From NCBI GenBank assembly GCA_964016885.1, contig OZ024746.1:50716001-50780000 (forward strand): a DNA stretch of 64,000 nucleotides. Direction: 5' to 3'. This document shows positions 13,281 to 27,723 of this stretch, piece after piece (within the stretch, counting starts at the first letter, position 1; each line of letters starts with the position of its first letter). The notes beneath the pieces were generated by a model that was not told the DNA's origin, did no database searches, and worked only from the letters and a program-made list of their open reading frames with translations. This DNA is from Eledone cirrhosa (Eukaryota). The position numbers and the translations under genes were made by a program.

Positions 13281-13448
13281 AACAAAGGAAGTGTGGTAAG
13301 GAACCACATGGACCATAACGCACCAGAGTACTCAATACTTAGGGTAGTAGAGTGGGTACTAGGAAAATGTTTGACCCCGGCGGCAGAGCTCAAGCCGTTT
13401 CGACGGCCATTTCTGGAATGAAATAGCCGTCGGGGTCAAACATTTTCC
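13281..13448. mobile_element. Fold-back PLE pLTR relic, family P1 (copy 1)
   Basis: ~80 bp tail plus inverted repeat ggaaaatgtttgaccccg...cggggtcaaacattttcc; (TA)n both sides; homologous to 33009, 48540 and 53650. Confidence 0.75.
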
Positions 13449-13460
13449 TATATATATATA

Positions 13461-16264
13461 CTAGCAGTTTAGCCCGGCGTTGCTCGGGTTTGTTCATTTG
13501 CTATGAAAAGTTACATACAGGTAAACGTGGTTTGAAAGCGAATAAGCTTATCAATTAAGTGCATAAAGCAGTTGAACCGGTTATTAAAAGTTACGAACCA
13601 ATTAGCATTTTGGTCAATCAATGATGGGTTAATAATCTTCCAATAGCGAATTTAGTAGACCAAAGTTGCAAGATGGTGACCCTGATGCCGTTGGGTGTCA
13701 GATCTGTCCGCCATGGGATACCCTACCAGGAAATAGTGTTCCAGACGGCATAGCTCCAACACCTGCACCAACATCTATAACACCTCTTTGTAGACGATAT
13801 TGCGTGTCATCCCTTGAGGAGAGTAAGCAAAAAGTCCATTCCTGCTCCCTGCGCGGGAACAGGCAACATAAAGTTGGCCATGGGAGAAGCTCCCCCAAAT
13901 GGATGCCCGCCACCGACAATGTTTGCCCTTGTGACTTGTTAATGGACATGGCAAAACATGGTCTCACCGGGAATTGGGATCGCCGGAAATCGAACGGTAT
14001 ATCTGACGCCGAGGGGAAAAGGTTCATCCTTGGAATGAAAGCATTCTCCCCTCTTCCACACCCTGTTACAATGGTGGCCTCAATCAAGTGGGTGTCAGTG
14101 ACTTGACGACCATGCGAGTACCGTTGCACTGCTTTGGTGGACGCAAGTTCCTTATTAGCATAATGGGACAGCCAACCCTAAGCTTAATAATGTGAGGTGG
14201 GAGCCCTGGAGGCTCAAGAAGATTTAATAACTCAACCGGATAATTAACGATATCGTCGGGGTCTGATTTGAAGATGTGCTCTTTACCGGGAATCTTCTCA
14301 ATCAGCTGCTCGTTAATAAAATTAACCATGGTATTTTTCGGAGCAAGGATGGCTCTTTCGCTGAGCCAATCGAGGTTTTTAAAGTTAGATGAGACATTAG
14401 GAAAAACTGCTTCCCAAAGGTCAGAAGGGCTGCTCACAATGTTGCACAGGGTGTCGATTGCTATGCCGCCCTTGTCATCCGCAGGGATCTTGCCCTCACC
14501 AAGTGCTAAAATGTTCTGTGCTGCAGACATGTTGTCACCATGCAAATGAGCACGCATATTTGTGCTCAGGTACAAACTATTCACCTGGAGCCACAACATG
14601 GACGACTTAAGACAGGCACGCACTTCATCAGCTCTTGTCCATTTGGGAATAACAGGCAGCGTTTTCCGAAAATCCCCTGATAGCAGAAGGGTTACGCCAC
14701 CCATAGGAGCCGTAGAATCCCTAATGTCTTTCCGGGCCCTGTCCAATGCCTCAAGGGCACCCTTGTGTGCCATTGTGCACTCATCCCAAACAATGAGGCA
14801 ACATCTTTTGAGAACCAGAGCTTTGTGTGAACTCTTGCTGATATTGCATGTTGGTGTCTCAGTTTTTACTAAATCCAAAGGGAGTTTAAAGGTTGAATGT
14901 GCTGTCCTGCCTCCCGGCAGCAAAGTAGCAGCGATCCCGGACGATGCAACGGACAACGCAACTCTTTTCTCCTGACGAATCTTAGCGAGACTCAAATTGG
15001 TTACAAAAGTTTTTCCGGTACTCCCAGGAGCGTTTTTTATTGGGGGGGGGGGGGGATCAGGGTTTTTTTTTTTGACCTTGAGGTATAACCAGTCAGTAGT
15101 TCCTTCAAAGGCTCTGGTGGTTCCGGAAGAGGGGGCAAGGTGACCTTACCGTTTAAGCAGCACATTGCAGGTGGCTCCCCAGCCCACTTTGTAGCATTGC
15201 AGAATTGGCAATTGAAGCGCATCTCGCCTATATTTATGTCAGAGCGCATCGAGTAATTAACGTTTTGCTCATACTTGAAAGCCCGTAGGTGCCAGTAAGG
15301 GCTGTTGGGGCTCGTCACACCGCGTGCAGCTTCTCGCCATCGACTGTTACGCTTGAACGTAGAACATTTGTCGTGTGGTTGGTGGGAAGGTCTGGCAGCA
15401 ATAGCAGAAGCAACATTTGCAATGCTAATGGACCGCCCGTCTGCATCTTCAGAAGCCATGGAAGTAGTCATAGCCGCAGCGTTCGTAGGAAGGCGAGCCG
15501 TCCGTTGTTTTAAACGTTCCAAAGACCTGGAAGCAGCATTAGTCGCATCGTTTCTAGCCAGGCGCTTCGACCTTTGTTCACGGCTCTCTGAAGCCCTGGA
15601 AGAAGCCTGGTATGAAGCCATTTTGGCTAGGCGTGCGGTGCGCTGTTGGAAACTTTCAGCGGCTCGACATTCTGCTGAACGTAAGGCTGTCTGTGAAAGT
15701 CTTGAAGCATTTTCCTCAGAGGACTCGTTTGCTATAGTAGCCTTTTGCGCCACTGCTAACGCGGTATGTCGACTGAGGCGACTTCTCTTTTTAGGTGGCA
15801 TTTTATGTCCAAAAGAAAGGGTGAAAGTTACTTCTACAGAAAAATTGACTTTGAAAGTCTACTGTCTGTTTATGAATATTGTTATTGTTGTTGTGATACA
15901 AATGTTAGTAAGTAAATGGGTATCGAAAAATAAAGGGTGAAAGTTACTTCAACATAAAAATTGACTTTGAAAGTATAAGGCTGATAATTGAATGTAAAAA
16001 GATTGATAAGAAAGACCCCCCAAAAAAATTTACAGGTATTTGTATGTATGTGTGTATTTTTATGTCGAAAAGAAAGGGTTAAAGTTACTTCTACAGAAAA
16101 ATTTAGTTTGAAAGTGTAAGGCCGATGTGTGTGTAAATTAAGTGACAGGTATTTGTATGTATGTGTGTATATGTATGTATGTGTGTATGAAAGTGTAAGG
16201 CCAATGTGTGTGTAAATTAAGTGACAGGTATTTGTATGTATGTGTGTATATGTATGTATGTGTG

Positions 16265-16296
<32 letters not shown>

Positions 16297-17097
16297 TGTA
16301 TGTATGTATGTATGTATGTATGTATGTATGTATGTATGTATTAAAGGTTGAAAGTTACTTCAACATAAAAATTGACTTTGAAAGTATAAGGCTGATAATT
16401 GAATGAAAAAATATTGATAAGAAAGGCCACCCCAAAAAATTTACAGGTATTTGTATGTATGTGTGTATTTTTATGTCGAAAATAAAGGGTTAAAGTTACT
16501 TATACAGAAAAATATAGTTTGAAAGTGTAAGGCCGATTGAAAAATTTACAGTTTAGTAAATGAAAGTCAGCTTCGAAATGGAGTTTGAACGCGCTAATAC
16601 ATACACACACACATATATCCGTCTTTTAATGTGTCTGTTTGTTTCTCACTCCCTATGTTATTGTTATTTCTAAAACAAACTGTGTATGCGTTGATTGATT
16701 GAAATTCCCGCGTTCCTGTTTCTATGACGTCAATCGTAACCATACCAACATATATGTGTGTGTATGCACCCACATATATGTGTGTATATGTTTTTTTTCA
16801 ATGTTTCTCTTTTTCACAAACACTTATAAGAGAAGGTAGCAATTTTAAGGGGAGGTGATGAAGGGAGTAGATATAGGAAACGTATATCATATGAGAGAGG
16901 AGAAATCATCGATTGTTGAAATAAATCGATTTTTCCGTAATTGTGGCATTTTTTACCCAATAAGGTCGCCCATGACCCAAGTTAGAATATTTGTAAACAT
17001 TCTGCTTAATTATTCATTCAATATTTTTGGAATTGTGTAAATGTATAAAATTGAAACATACATACAGACACAAAAATCTGCCTTTTATAGATAATGA
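13461..17097 (-). mobile_element. Helitron, internally deleted (RepHel N-terminus fused to PIF1-like helicase remnant)
   Basis: 3' hairpin cccgagcaacgccggg plus CTAG|T at 13461; 5' A|TC near 17097 (alternative 17091). ORF 15037-15801 has CQFC...MCCLNGKV; helicase motifs APGSTGKT, ASSGIAATLL.GGRTAHS.FK, VWDECTM, FAMSINKSQGQT. Tandem repeats 15810-16540. Confidence 0.92.
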
Positions 17098-17234
17098 TAT
17101 ATATATATATTGGAAAATGTGTGAGATCCTTGGTACAGTTAGGTATATTTGAAAAAAAAGGAAAAGAATAACTTCACTTGCAGTGTTAAACATTTTTTTA
17201 ATACTACAAGTGAAGTCATTCTTTTCCTTTTTTT

Positions 17235-17269
<35 letters not shown>

Positions 17270-17284
17270 TTATATATATAAATA

Positions 17285-17844
17285 CTAGCAGTGGTACCCG
17301 GCGTTGCACGGGATAAGGCATTGTGAAATATATAACCGCCTTAGCCAAGCTTAGTATTGCCACAACCACGGCTGGCAAAGAAGTAAGGGTCTGGTGGTAC
17401 GTAAGTAAGCAACACTGTGGCTTAAAACGTGATGAAGAAGTTGTGTGCACTTACCAACTGTTTGGGGAATGAGTGTGAGATTTGTCTTGAGCAAGGGTGG
17501 CAGAATAACCGTAGGCAGCAGGCAGCCAGACATACAGACAGATATTATAAGGGCGCGTTCTGGACGCAGTGCGAATTGTAGGAAGTGACGTAATCCAGAC
17601 ATCCAGACATACAGACAGATATAAGGGCGCGACGTTATATGTATGTATCTATCTAAAAAGAGAAAGTCTAAGAATTATAGAGAGAGATCGCTAAATCACC
17701 TAAATTATTTTTGCTCAGAACACTCCCTGAAACAGAAGTGTTACATGTGTAAAGTTTGAAAACAGTCGGTTGGGTGCTTCTCTAGTTTTATGGATTCAAA
17801 CTCACACACACACAGACAGACATCCTCAGTTTTATATATATAGA
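17285..17844 (-). mobile_element. Non-autonomous Helitron
   Basis: 3' hairpin cccgtgcaacgccggg plus CTAG|T, nearly identical to the 13461 end; 5' A|TCTATATATATAAAA at 17844. Confidence 0.8.
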
Positions 17845-18334
17845 TAAAGAAAGTGCTTAAACTCAGAAATGCTATATAAAATGCTTATAAAATAGGGTAA
17901 ACACCCTTAAAAGACGGATAGAGAAGTTGCTATCGGCCGCTATGAGGAAATGAAACCCCATATCTTACTGATCCCTGCTAAAATAAACAGTTTTGTATCG
18001 TAGAACCAGAAGTGGTTCAAGGCGGTTTGGCATCAAAAGGGTCAATGATTTGAACTACCGACTCTCTGTAAAGATGTCAGATACGATGGAATATTCAACA
18101 CAATAAACGTTTCCGTTCTCATCAAAAACAATGGCTTGATAGTTACTACTATTTTGTTTATACTATTTCCTGAAGTAGATATATCTAACTTCTGTCTTAC
18201 TGCTTATCTCATCTTACTGCCAAAGCCTGATCTCAGCCTCAGTTGTGCCCAGGAAAACAATGTCCTGCAGATCTTTCTAATTCTGTTTTCATTTTTTACT
18301 TGTTTCAGTCATTAGACCCCACAACCATGAAAGT

Positions 18335-18675
18335 GTTTAGTCGTCAACCCCAGTACGGATTTTCTTTTCAAGTCTAGTATTTATTTTATCGATCTCCTTT
18401 TGTCGAACCGCTAAGTTACTGGATGTAAACAACAGCAAACGTAAACACAAACACACACGCACGCACACACACATTACCACAAACACACACACATACACAA
18501 TACACACATATACACATACGTCGGCTTCCATAAGGTTTTCGTCTGTCAAATTTCTCTTACAACGTATTGGTCAAACCAAGGCTATGTTACTAAACATTTG
18601 ATTAAAGTGCCACGCTGTGGGACAGAACTCGAAACCACGCGGCTGAAAAACGAAATCCTTAACCATGCAACCATC
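18335..18675 (-). mobile_element. tRNA-derived SINE with internal (CA)n, degenerate
   Basis: Minus-strand head tggttaagga...gtttcgagttctgtccc (A/B boxes); related pieces at 59445-59580, 62430-62545, 55895-56050 and 60960-61085. Confidence 0.6.
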
Positions 18676-18695
18676 TTTGTGCCTATGCATTAGTT

Positions 18696-19146
18696 CACAG
18701 GTTCTCAAATGTTCCCCCCCCCCCTCCGCCTCATGGCCACGTAATATCCTCAGCTAGATGCAAATTGTAAATAATATATAATAAATAAAATTGTTAATTT
18801 ATATATAATTGTTTCTACTTTTTGGCACAAGGCCAGCAATTATCCCAGTGGGATTACTGGTACTTTATTTTATCGACCACGTAAGGATGAAAGGAAAAGT
18901 TAACCTCGGCGCGATTTGAACTCAGTCCGTAAAGGGACGTAACTGTGCTGCAATATATATACTATGTATAAATAAATATTATATATTTTTTATTTTTCTA
19001 TACTTATATATATGTTTCATTTCATATTTAATATACTATTATATCATCTCTACCTACCCCTTAGGCCACAGCGCCCCACAGACCTTCTCAACGCCCACCA
19101 GGGGTAGGGAGGGGGGAGGCGGTAGCACCCACTTTGTGACCCTCTG
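18696..19146. mobile_element. hAT (Charlie-like) MITE with a nested MetaSINE (about 18815-18950, minus)
   Basis: Imperfect TIRs cacaggttctcaaa / tttgtgaccctctg and a perfect 8-bp TSD CATTAGTT (18688-18695, 19147-19154). Confidence 0.85.
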
Positions 19147-19643
19147 CATTAGTTGTTTAAATGTTATGCAATATTTCCAGCAAAACATTGCATAGTACTT
19201 CAATCTAAAGTTAGATGAGAAACTCTCCAATCCAATGCTGCTTAGCAATGAGAAGTTGTTGTCAGTGGAGAATTAATAAAGATTTCAAACACATAGCCAA
19301 CAGGTGAATACTGTTATGATTCATTAAGGTATATTGGCTTTATTTTTCAGTATTCATTTCATTGTTGAATGATAAAAGTCAATATTTTTCTATTGCTATT
19401 TAAGATCTGTGGCCAGCATATCAAATAGACCTCAGTATATTTCTATAAATATTTAATTTGATATCATTCATATTATTCTATATCAAAACATATATCCAAC
19501 ATAAAAAGTCAATATAGGTAAAAATATAAAAATAATTCTAAATAAACTCCAATATTTCAATAACTTCTTATCATTAGAAAATCTTGCAATAACAAGTATA
19601 TGGCTTCTTTTTAAAAAAAAATCCTATATATATATTTAATTTC

Positions 19644-19743
<100 letters not shown>

Positions 19744-19754
19744 TAATCTAGCTG

Positions 19755-22700
19755 TAGGCCCCCACCTTCGATGACTTTGAGGTGCATGCATCTCTCTGTC
19801 AACCTGGAGGTGGGGGTGGGGTTGTCGTACTGCTGCAAAAACACCTGGGTCTTGCCGTACAGGTTGTGCACTCGGACCCGGAGGGTCGTTTGTTGCTGCT
19901 AGACGTTGGCAGTAGTGAAAGTGCGGCCTTGAGACTGGTCGCCGTCTACTCCCCTTTCGGAGCTGAACGGCCCGACTTCTTCCAGCGTTTGGAGACTTTT
20001 CTGGGAACGTCGCGTTCCCTGCTTCTAGCGGGGGATTGGAATGACATCCTGGATGCACGTTGGGACTATGCAGGAGCATGTCCTAATAGAGGGGGGTGTA
20101 ACAGCCTCAAGGGGTTACTCGACCGTTTTAACTTGGTCGATAGATATCGACTAGATTTTCCAACTGTGCCTACCTGGACTTGGAGAAACCACAGTGGTCA
20201 ATCTAGATCGTACTTAGATAGATTCTTAGTTAGAAGTAAGGATAGGGACATATTAAGCTGTCCAGAAATGCGCACGGTTGGCTACACGGATCACAAATTA
20301 GTGACCTGCGTAGTCAATCTCGAGAAAACACATAAACAGGGTCCCGGTTACTGGAAACTTAATTTGTCTTTACCGGCAAAAGAGACTTACAGAAACCGGA
20401 TTAGCAGATTAGTTAAGGAGAGGTTGACGGGTGCAATCTTCAACAACCGATGGTGGGCATCTCTCAAAAGAGAGATTAGAACAGAATCAATAAGCTATAG
20501 CAAGATGTTAGCTGCCGATAGGAATAGAAACGAGAAAGAATTAACAGGTAAATTAGAAGAGGCAATCAAGAGCGAAGATGTGGCCAGAGTGCTGGCATCG
20601 AGGACGGCCTTGAACCAGTTTTTCGATGCAAAGCACGAAGGCTGCGTCATTCAAAGTAAAATACGTGCTCTAGGTAATGAGGGGGCCAAAGCCGTTGGCT
20701 GGGCCCGCGTGACAGAAGCTAAGAGTGGAAATCGATCCACCATCCGGTCGTTGCAAGACGAAGATGGACGGATGATCTGGGAGCCTAAGCAGATGTGCGA
20801 GGCCTTTCAAAGACACTTTGCCCGATTGTTCGGGGGAGGCGAGGGTCCGGGCGGGGGCGTGGATTTCGGTCCATACCTCGACGGCCTACCGCGTCTCTCG
20901 AGCGAAGAGGCAGAGTCCTGCGAGGGACCAATCTCGGCTGATGAGATCGGAGATGCGCTGAGCCAATGCAGCAGACGCAAATCTCCAGGTCTCGATGGTA
21001 TACCTTACGAACTTTATTTAACAATGCCGGTCTTCTTCTCCGAACTCCTCGAAGCGGTCTACTGCAATTGGCAGCAGAACGGGAGAATTCCTTGTTCTGT
21101 AGCCAAGGGCGTAGTCACGCTGGTGAGGAAGGACGAGAACAAGGGAGATAGTATAAATAATTTTCGGCCCATAACCCTGCTAAACACAGAGTTAAAGATT
21201 TTGGCCAAGGTGTTAGCAAAGAAGTTGGCGCTTGTCGTGGGTGGCCTGGTGGGAGATGCGCAGACATGTGCTATCCCATCCAGGTCCATTCACGATAACC
21301 TCCACCTCATGCGATACATCATAGAGAGGGTTGGCAACAAACCCGGCTTCGGTGGGGCCCTGATCAACTTGGATCAGTCTAAGGCCTTCGATAGGGTCGA
21401 CCATGGTTACCTGGATGCGGTGCTAGCGGCGGCTGGGTTCGGTCCTGTTTTCAGAGGCTGGATCACTGCCTTACATAGCAACCACATCTGTTCTAGGATC
21501 AAGGTGAACGGCTACCTTTCGAAGCCGTTCGAAATCACACGATCCATTCGACAGGGGTGCCCTCTCTCCTCCCTTCTGTATGTATTGACTCTCGAGCCTT
21601 TACTGAGGAAGTTGGAGTTGTTGCAGGGTATCCCCCTGGAACCAGGATTGAGCAAAGCGGTGTCGGCCTACGCCGATGACGTAACAGTAATGGTATCGAC
21701 CGACTCGGAGATCGAGGCGATCGGTACCTTACTGGAGGAGTACGAAAGATTGTCAGGAGCGAAACTGAACCGGGAAAAATCCATCGGGCTGCAACTCGGA
21801 ACGTGGAGAGGCAGACCGATGCCTCCTGACGGTGTCGTCGGACACTGGACGGAGGGCCCGGTAAAGTTGCTTGGGGTCTGGTTTGGACCGGACCTCCAGG
21901 TGGAAAAGAACTGGAACGAGGTTACGAACAAGGTGTTCGCACTAACCCAGAAATGGGCCAAGTGTAAGCTGTCCCTAAAAGGCCGGGCGGAGGTGGCGAA
22001 CATTTACATAGCGTCCGTCACTTACTACCGCCTGACTGTCGTGCCTTGCCCTAAGGAAACACTCACCACCATGGAACGCATGCTCTTCCAATTTCTTTGG
22101 AAGAAGCGCCCTCCTATGGTGAGAAGATCCATCTGCTGCCAACAACCTTCGAAAGGAGGGCTGGGGATGCCGTGGTTGATGATGCGTAGGCACGCATTAA
22201 GGCTACGGCACCTACAGGTATTCCTCACTGGTCAACCGGTGTGGGCTCCGTTCGTGAAACGAGCCTTTCCGAGACTTGTCTCGCTCACCGAGCTACAGTC
22301 CTGGGTCAAGCAAAGATCCGGAAAACTGGGAGACTGGCACACTGAGTGTGCTCAGGCGCTCAGGGCTCTCTGGCAAGCGGGCCAGGCCATCGGTAGAGAA
22401 TCCACCTCATCATTCTATAGAGGGCTGGTGGCTAGCAGGGGCGATGACACCCTTGGAGAGTCGCTGGACATGGAGGAAGACGAACTGGCCAGCCTGTTCG
22501 GTAGGACTTTCGGCCCAGGACCAATGGACAACTTCCAGAAGTCACTGGCCTGGCAGTGCTACCGGGGGGGGCTCTACCCGTTCGAGAGAGGCTCTACAGA
22601 CACGGGCGCCCGGGAAGGGATCCCTCAAAAAAGATTTGCCCTAGATGCGTGCGTCACGAAGAAACCGTTGCGCACGCATTGGTGCAATGTCCGGGCGTGG

Positions 22701-23268
22701 CTGATCTGTGGGGCTACGCCTAACGACTGCTGTCGCGGGTGGCACCGATTAAATTGACCGCCGAGTCCGTGATGACAATCAAACCGCCTCCCCTCTTCAC
22801 AAAGGAAGCAAAGGCGGTTTTTCTGTGCGTAATAGCCATGTTGAAAGAGGTTGTTTGGTGGACACGATTGAAAGGTCTGAGGTCAGGCAACTTCCTCTCT
22901 GGCCATAGTCTGGTCTACTTCTTCCGATATCACTTCGGAAGAAGGATAAGAATGGAGAGAGAGGTGCTTGGCCACAGGCAGTTTTATGAAAGGTGGGTGA
23001 TAGTGGCGAGAATGGCTCGTGTAAATGGGCCTTCTCTGTATATCATCCTGTAGGTAAAGAAGTAAAGGAGAGGGGAGCACCTTCTCCATGTGCTCCCCGG
23101 GCAAAGGATTGCACACTTTTTCGGGGGTGTGTGCAACCCCCATCACGTCCCCTCCCTTTTGAGGTTATTTTCGATTATTTTCATGTCACACCCTTTTTAC
23201 TCGATTATATGTAAACTCCCCCTTTGTATTTGTCCCTTCTTTTTATGCCTTTATGGTAAATAAAGAAA
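19755..23268 (+). mobile_element. Tx1-clade LINE, 5'-truncated within the APE endonuclease; ORF2 nearly intact
   Basis: 991-aa ORF 19782-22757: APE (GDWND, SYLDRF, TDHK) and RT (NFRPITLLN, LDQSKAFDRVDH, RQGCPLS, AYADD). Frameshift at the G run near 22565; C-terminus to 23053. (TATC)n at 19645-19742 and after 23268. Confidence 0.95.
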
Positions 23269-23299
23269 TATATCTATCTATCTATCTATATATCTATCT

Positions 23300-26200
23300 G
23301 ATAGCTGGACGTACACAATTTTGCTGGTAACTTTCTGTCAATTTATTTACAAAAAACAGAAATCCTTGTTTAAAAAATACACATTGTTTTGTAGATTAAC
23401 CCCTCGGCTGAATTGTCAGCTGGGTGGCAATCTCATTTTTCGCCCCCACAGGGGCGGAAATTTAATTTGAAACACTGTCCAAAAAATGTTAATATTTTGC
23501 CATCAGCAATGGCTAGCATACAAGGAACGCTAGCGAACGTTGAGAAAAAAAAAAGAAAGAAAGAAATAGACTTTAACGTTGTTACAAGCTCTGCCTGTAT
23601 CAATGTAGCTACGAATAATGACAACAAAGTTTTGTTTCACGAAAGAGAAGTATACAATAAAAACAAAATTGAACCACACAGTGTACAACAGACACCAAAA
23701 GCAACAGAAAATAAAACAATTGACACAACTACATACGGAAAAACTGACAACCACAACAACCACAACAACCACAACAACCACAACAACAACAACAACCACA
23801 ACACCAAAAAAATAACTTTTGCAGAAACAGTCATAAACAAACAAGACTTCAAGGATATAGATATCACTAATGCAAGACAAATGTTGTCTGAGGGGAAGAA
23901 ATTCATCATTTTCGAACAAGGTGGATTTAAAATAAACTCATCCCCGGAAATCAGAATTGAAACACAAAGAAGGACAGTAACCTTCAGAACTGTTTCAAAT
24001 GAAACAAAAAGACCAGCATTTCTCAGTCAAGGGGAAATTGAAGCAGCCTTGAAGGAGATATTGCCAAACATAGACTTTATGCAGAGGGCCAAACAGTATG
24101 GGAGTATTTCGCTGCTTCTCAAAGCGAGGCCCTCGCACAAAAATGTTCCGTGACACCGATACTGTAAAAAAAATACACCCTTTTCCCTACATACCTGGGA
24201 AAAAGGACTCAAAAAGTCAAAATTACCAACATACCACCAAATATTAACATTTGGTGGATCCTGGCAGGATTCTTGGAACAAGGAGAGGATACCAGCCTCT
24301 CCATCAAGAAATCAACCAGACACACGTGGTCTGGTACAAATTTGGAGATTCTGGTTCAAATGAGGCCGAAGAGAATCTCCAAAATACCCGAAAGAGTGCT
24401 GGTCGACAACAACAGCCACATCAACATTTCGACCAAAGAGGGAGACCACACTGCTTCCGATGTACATCGCATCTAAAGACACACTTAAAAAAAACAATCC
24501 CCCAAAAAATAATGTTACCAACACCAACACCAAAACAACCACCACCACAACAACAACAACAACAACAACACACAAAACAAGCAAACACACCAAAACAAAC
24601 AGCCACCCAACTAACAACAGCAGGAAAAATACAAACAACTCCCCCGAAGAACACAGTCCCACCCCATCCCACTCCATCCAACACTAGCACAAACACACCA
24701 TCACCACACAACATACCTCTACCTCACGCTCCTGATGACGATTCATCGTCAGACGAGGCTACCTCTCCATCCCCAAGTGAAGATGAAGGAGAGCCTCGGT
24801 AATAAAAAAACACACAAAAAAGAGACACCACAAAACCACAAAAACACCAATCACTAACACGAACGCACAACCACCAACACAAACACCACCACAATCAAAC
24901 CCCCTACGAGAAAAACAAACACCAACACCACCCCAAACACAAATACCCACCATAAAAAGAAAACTACAAAATGAACAACAAACCAATACAACACAAAAAA
25001 CTAACAACAATACACATACATTAACACAAACAACAGAAACCTAATGGAGGTCATCTCCCAATACGCCAAAGTAGAAACTGAGGGGAAAACTTTTGTCAAG
25101 GCAGACTCTCAACCACACCTAAAACTGATAAGGGTTTAGATAGAAACCTATCAGAAATTAAAAGAACAATTTTCGCAGGACGTTGGCAACCCCTGTCAAA
25201 AACCCATTAACCGCGTCATATTAAAATGTTTCCCCACCCACCCAACACCCCCACCAAAACCCAAATGGAGATTGAACAACCCGATGTCCAGGAAACGAAA
25301 AGGTAAGTGCATCTTTTCGTCCTTTTTCGCCAACTCTTCTCCACGAACATGGCTAATTTACGAGTTAGAAGTGAATGTGCGTGGCCTAGGGATGCTCTGG
25401 AAACAGGGCCAAATTTTAAACGACCTTAGGTATGGATGTGATAGCCATCACCAAGTCCAGGATCCACAACAGGCAACAACTTCAATGACTTTGAGATCTA
25501 CGTATCTCTCTGTCAGCCAGGAGGTGGAGGAGGAATGGCTGTCATGTTTCGGAAAAAACTGGACCTCGAAGTACAGCAAGTACACTTGGACCCGGAGCGT
25601 AGACTGGTAGTCCTAGACGTGAACAGTGTTGGAGGTGGAGCCTCAGACTGGTGGCCATTTATGGCCCGACTTGACAATCGCGGCCAGACTTCTTTAAGCG
25701 TCTAGAGTCTTTTCTGGGAACGTCTCGCTCCTTGCTTTTAGTGGGGGACTGGAATGGTATCCTAGACGCACGATGGGACTATGTAGCATCATGTTCCAGT
25801 AGAGGGGGGTGGGGTGGGGGTGCAACAGCCTCAAAAATTTAATCGGCCAATTCCAACTGGCCGATAAGTATCGACTAGATTTCCCGACTGCACCACAGTG
25901 GACGTGAACAAACCGCAGCGGGACATCTAAATCGTATTTAGACAGGTTCTTTATTAGAGAGAGAGAGACAAGAAGATGTTAAGCTGTCCACAAATGCACA
26001 TGGTTGCCTATTCAGACCACAAACTAGTCATCTGCATAGTCAACCGTGATAGAATACATAGACAAGGACCCGGCTACTGGAAGCTGAACGTGTCGCTACT
26101 GACACGTAAAGCCTACAGTGAACGGATAAGTAGATTAGTTAAGCAACAGTTGATGGGAGCCATCGTCAACAACAGATGGAGGTACGCTCTCAAGAGAGCA

Positions 26201-26533
26201 ATTATAGTAGAGTCGATAGCAGAGAATTAGCCTTAGAGAAAAACAAAATAGAAACAGAACTAGTAGCCAAGGTAGAGGAGGCGCTTAGGAGTGGCAACGC
26301 AGCTAGAGTGCTAGCAACGAGTACGGCACTGGACCAGTTCTTCGACGTAAAACACGAAGGCTGCGTGGTCAGAAGTAAATCACGTGCTCTAGGAAACGAG
26401 GGAGCAAAAGCTGTTAGCTGGGCCCGAGTGGCAGAGGCGAAAAGTGGCAACAAGTCCATGATTCGGTCTTTGAAAGACCAAAACAGACGCGTGCTACTTG
26501 ACCCCATACGGATGTGCGCGGCCTTTCAACGAC
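23300..26533 (+). mobile_element. Tx1-clade LINE 5' half (5' UTR, ORF1, start of ORF2), degenerate and 3'-truncated
   Basis: Starts directly after TATC units. ORF1 pieces 23413-24153 and 24251-24802 resemble the 36 kb ORF1. ORF2 from ATG 25349 (NVRGLG, GPGYWKLN) with stops and frameshifts. Confidence 0.85.
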
Positions 26534-26544
26534 ATACACACACA

Positions 26545-27712
26545 CACAATATATATTCTCTCCATCTTAACATGCTAACCATACTCCCACACACACATAC
26601 ACACATAACACCGATACACACACACACATAACACCCATACCCCTCCCCACAATATATATATATTCTCTCCATCTTAACATGCTAACAATACTCCCACACA
26701 CACATACACACATAACACCCATACACACAACTCCCTCCCCATTTCTACTAATAGAATCATCTTCCTACACACACACACAAACACAATTAAACATACATAC
26801 TTTCTTTATTTCAATAGAAAGTCTGAATTCTGACACCCCAGCGCACCAGCCATATTCACTGAACCAGAACAATTTTCCTCATCCCATTTTTCTTGACCAT
26901 TATCTTTTGTTTGGCACAACATTCTCTAAAAGGCTACAAAATAAATTCCCAAATACGGGCGCGAAATTTAATGTACTTGTTCACGTGACAGTCATAATTT
27001 CATTTATAACCAATCAAATTACATTTCAGCACATCAGTCATACTCAGAAAAACTCTCTCCATCCCCTTTTCTTGACCATTATCTTTTGTTTGGCACAAAA
27101 TTCTCTAAATGGCTATAAAAAAATTCCAAAATACGGGCGCGAAATTTAATGTACTTGTTCACGTGACAGCCATAATTTCATTTATAACCAATTAAATTAC
27201 ATTTATAAAAAAAAGACTTCGTGAGCCACCCTTTTTTTAAGTAAAAAGAAATTCAAACACAAACTGGCGCGAAAGCTGATGCGCTTATTCACGTGATTGT
27301 ATCAACCAACCAAACTTCACTGATATATGAAAAAAACAACCTGAGCCCCCCCCCCTTTGTTTGAAGAACTTTGTAACGCGAACTGACGCGAAATTTATTA
27401 TACTTATTCACCAACCAACCAACCAAATTACTTCTCTAAAAACCTGGCATTTCGAGCCACTTTTTTCCATATAAAACAGAAGTAACATTCAAAGACCAAC
27501 CAGATGTGAGAAAAACCACAGACCCTCCATCTCAATTCTACTTTTGAAAAGCAGAAGAACTGCGAAACCGGTAAAGGATCCAAATAAATATATATATTTA
27601 AAAAAAAAAAGACTCCAGTTGCATTTTCGATTTCATATTTTTTCCTTATACTTTCACTCGTGTAGGATACCTCGGTTATTTTTCATTTTGTAAAAAAACC
27701 CTCACTTTCTAA
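26545..27712. repeat. Unclassified repeat: CA-rich duplication plus four tandem ~120-180 bp modules
   Basis: ~100 bp duplication (26545/26650); modules centred on ggcgcgaaa at 26957, 27135, 27266 and 27385. Confidence 0.7.
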
Positions 27713-27723
27713 TATATATATAT

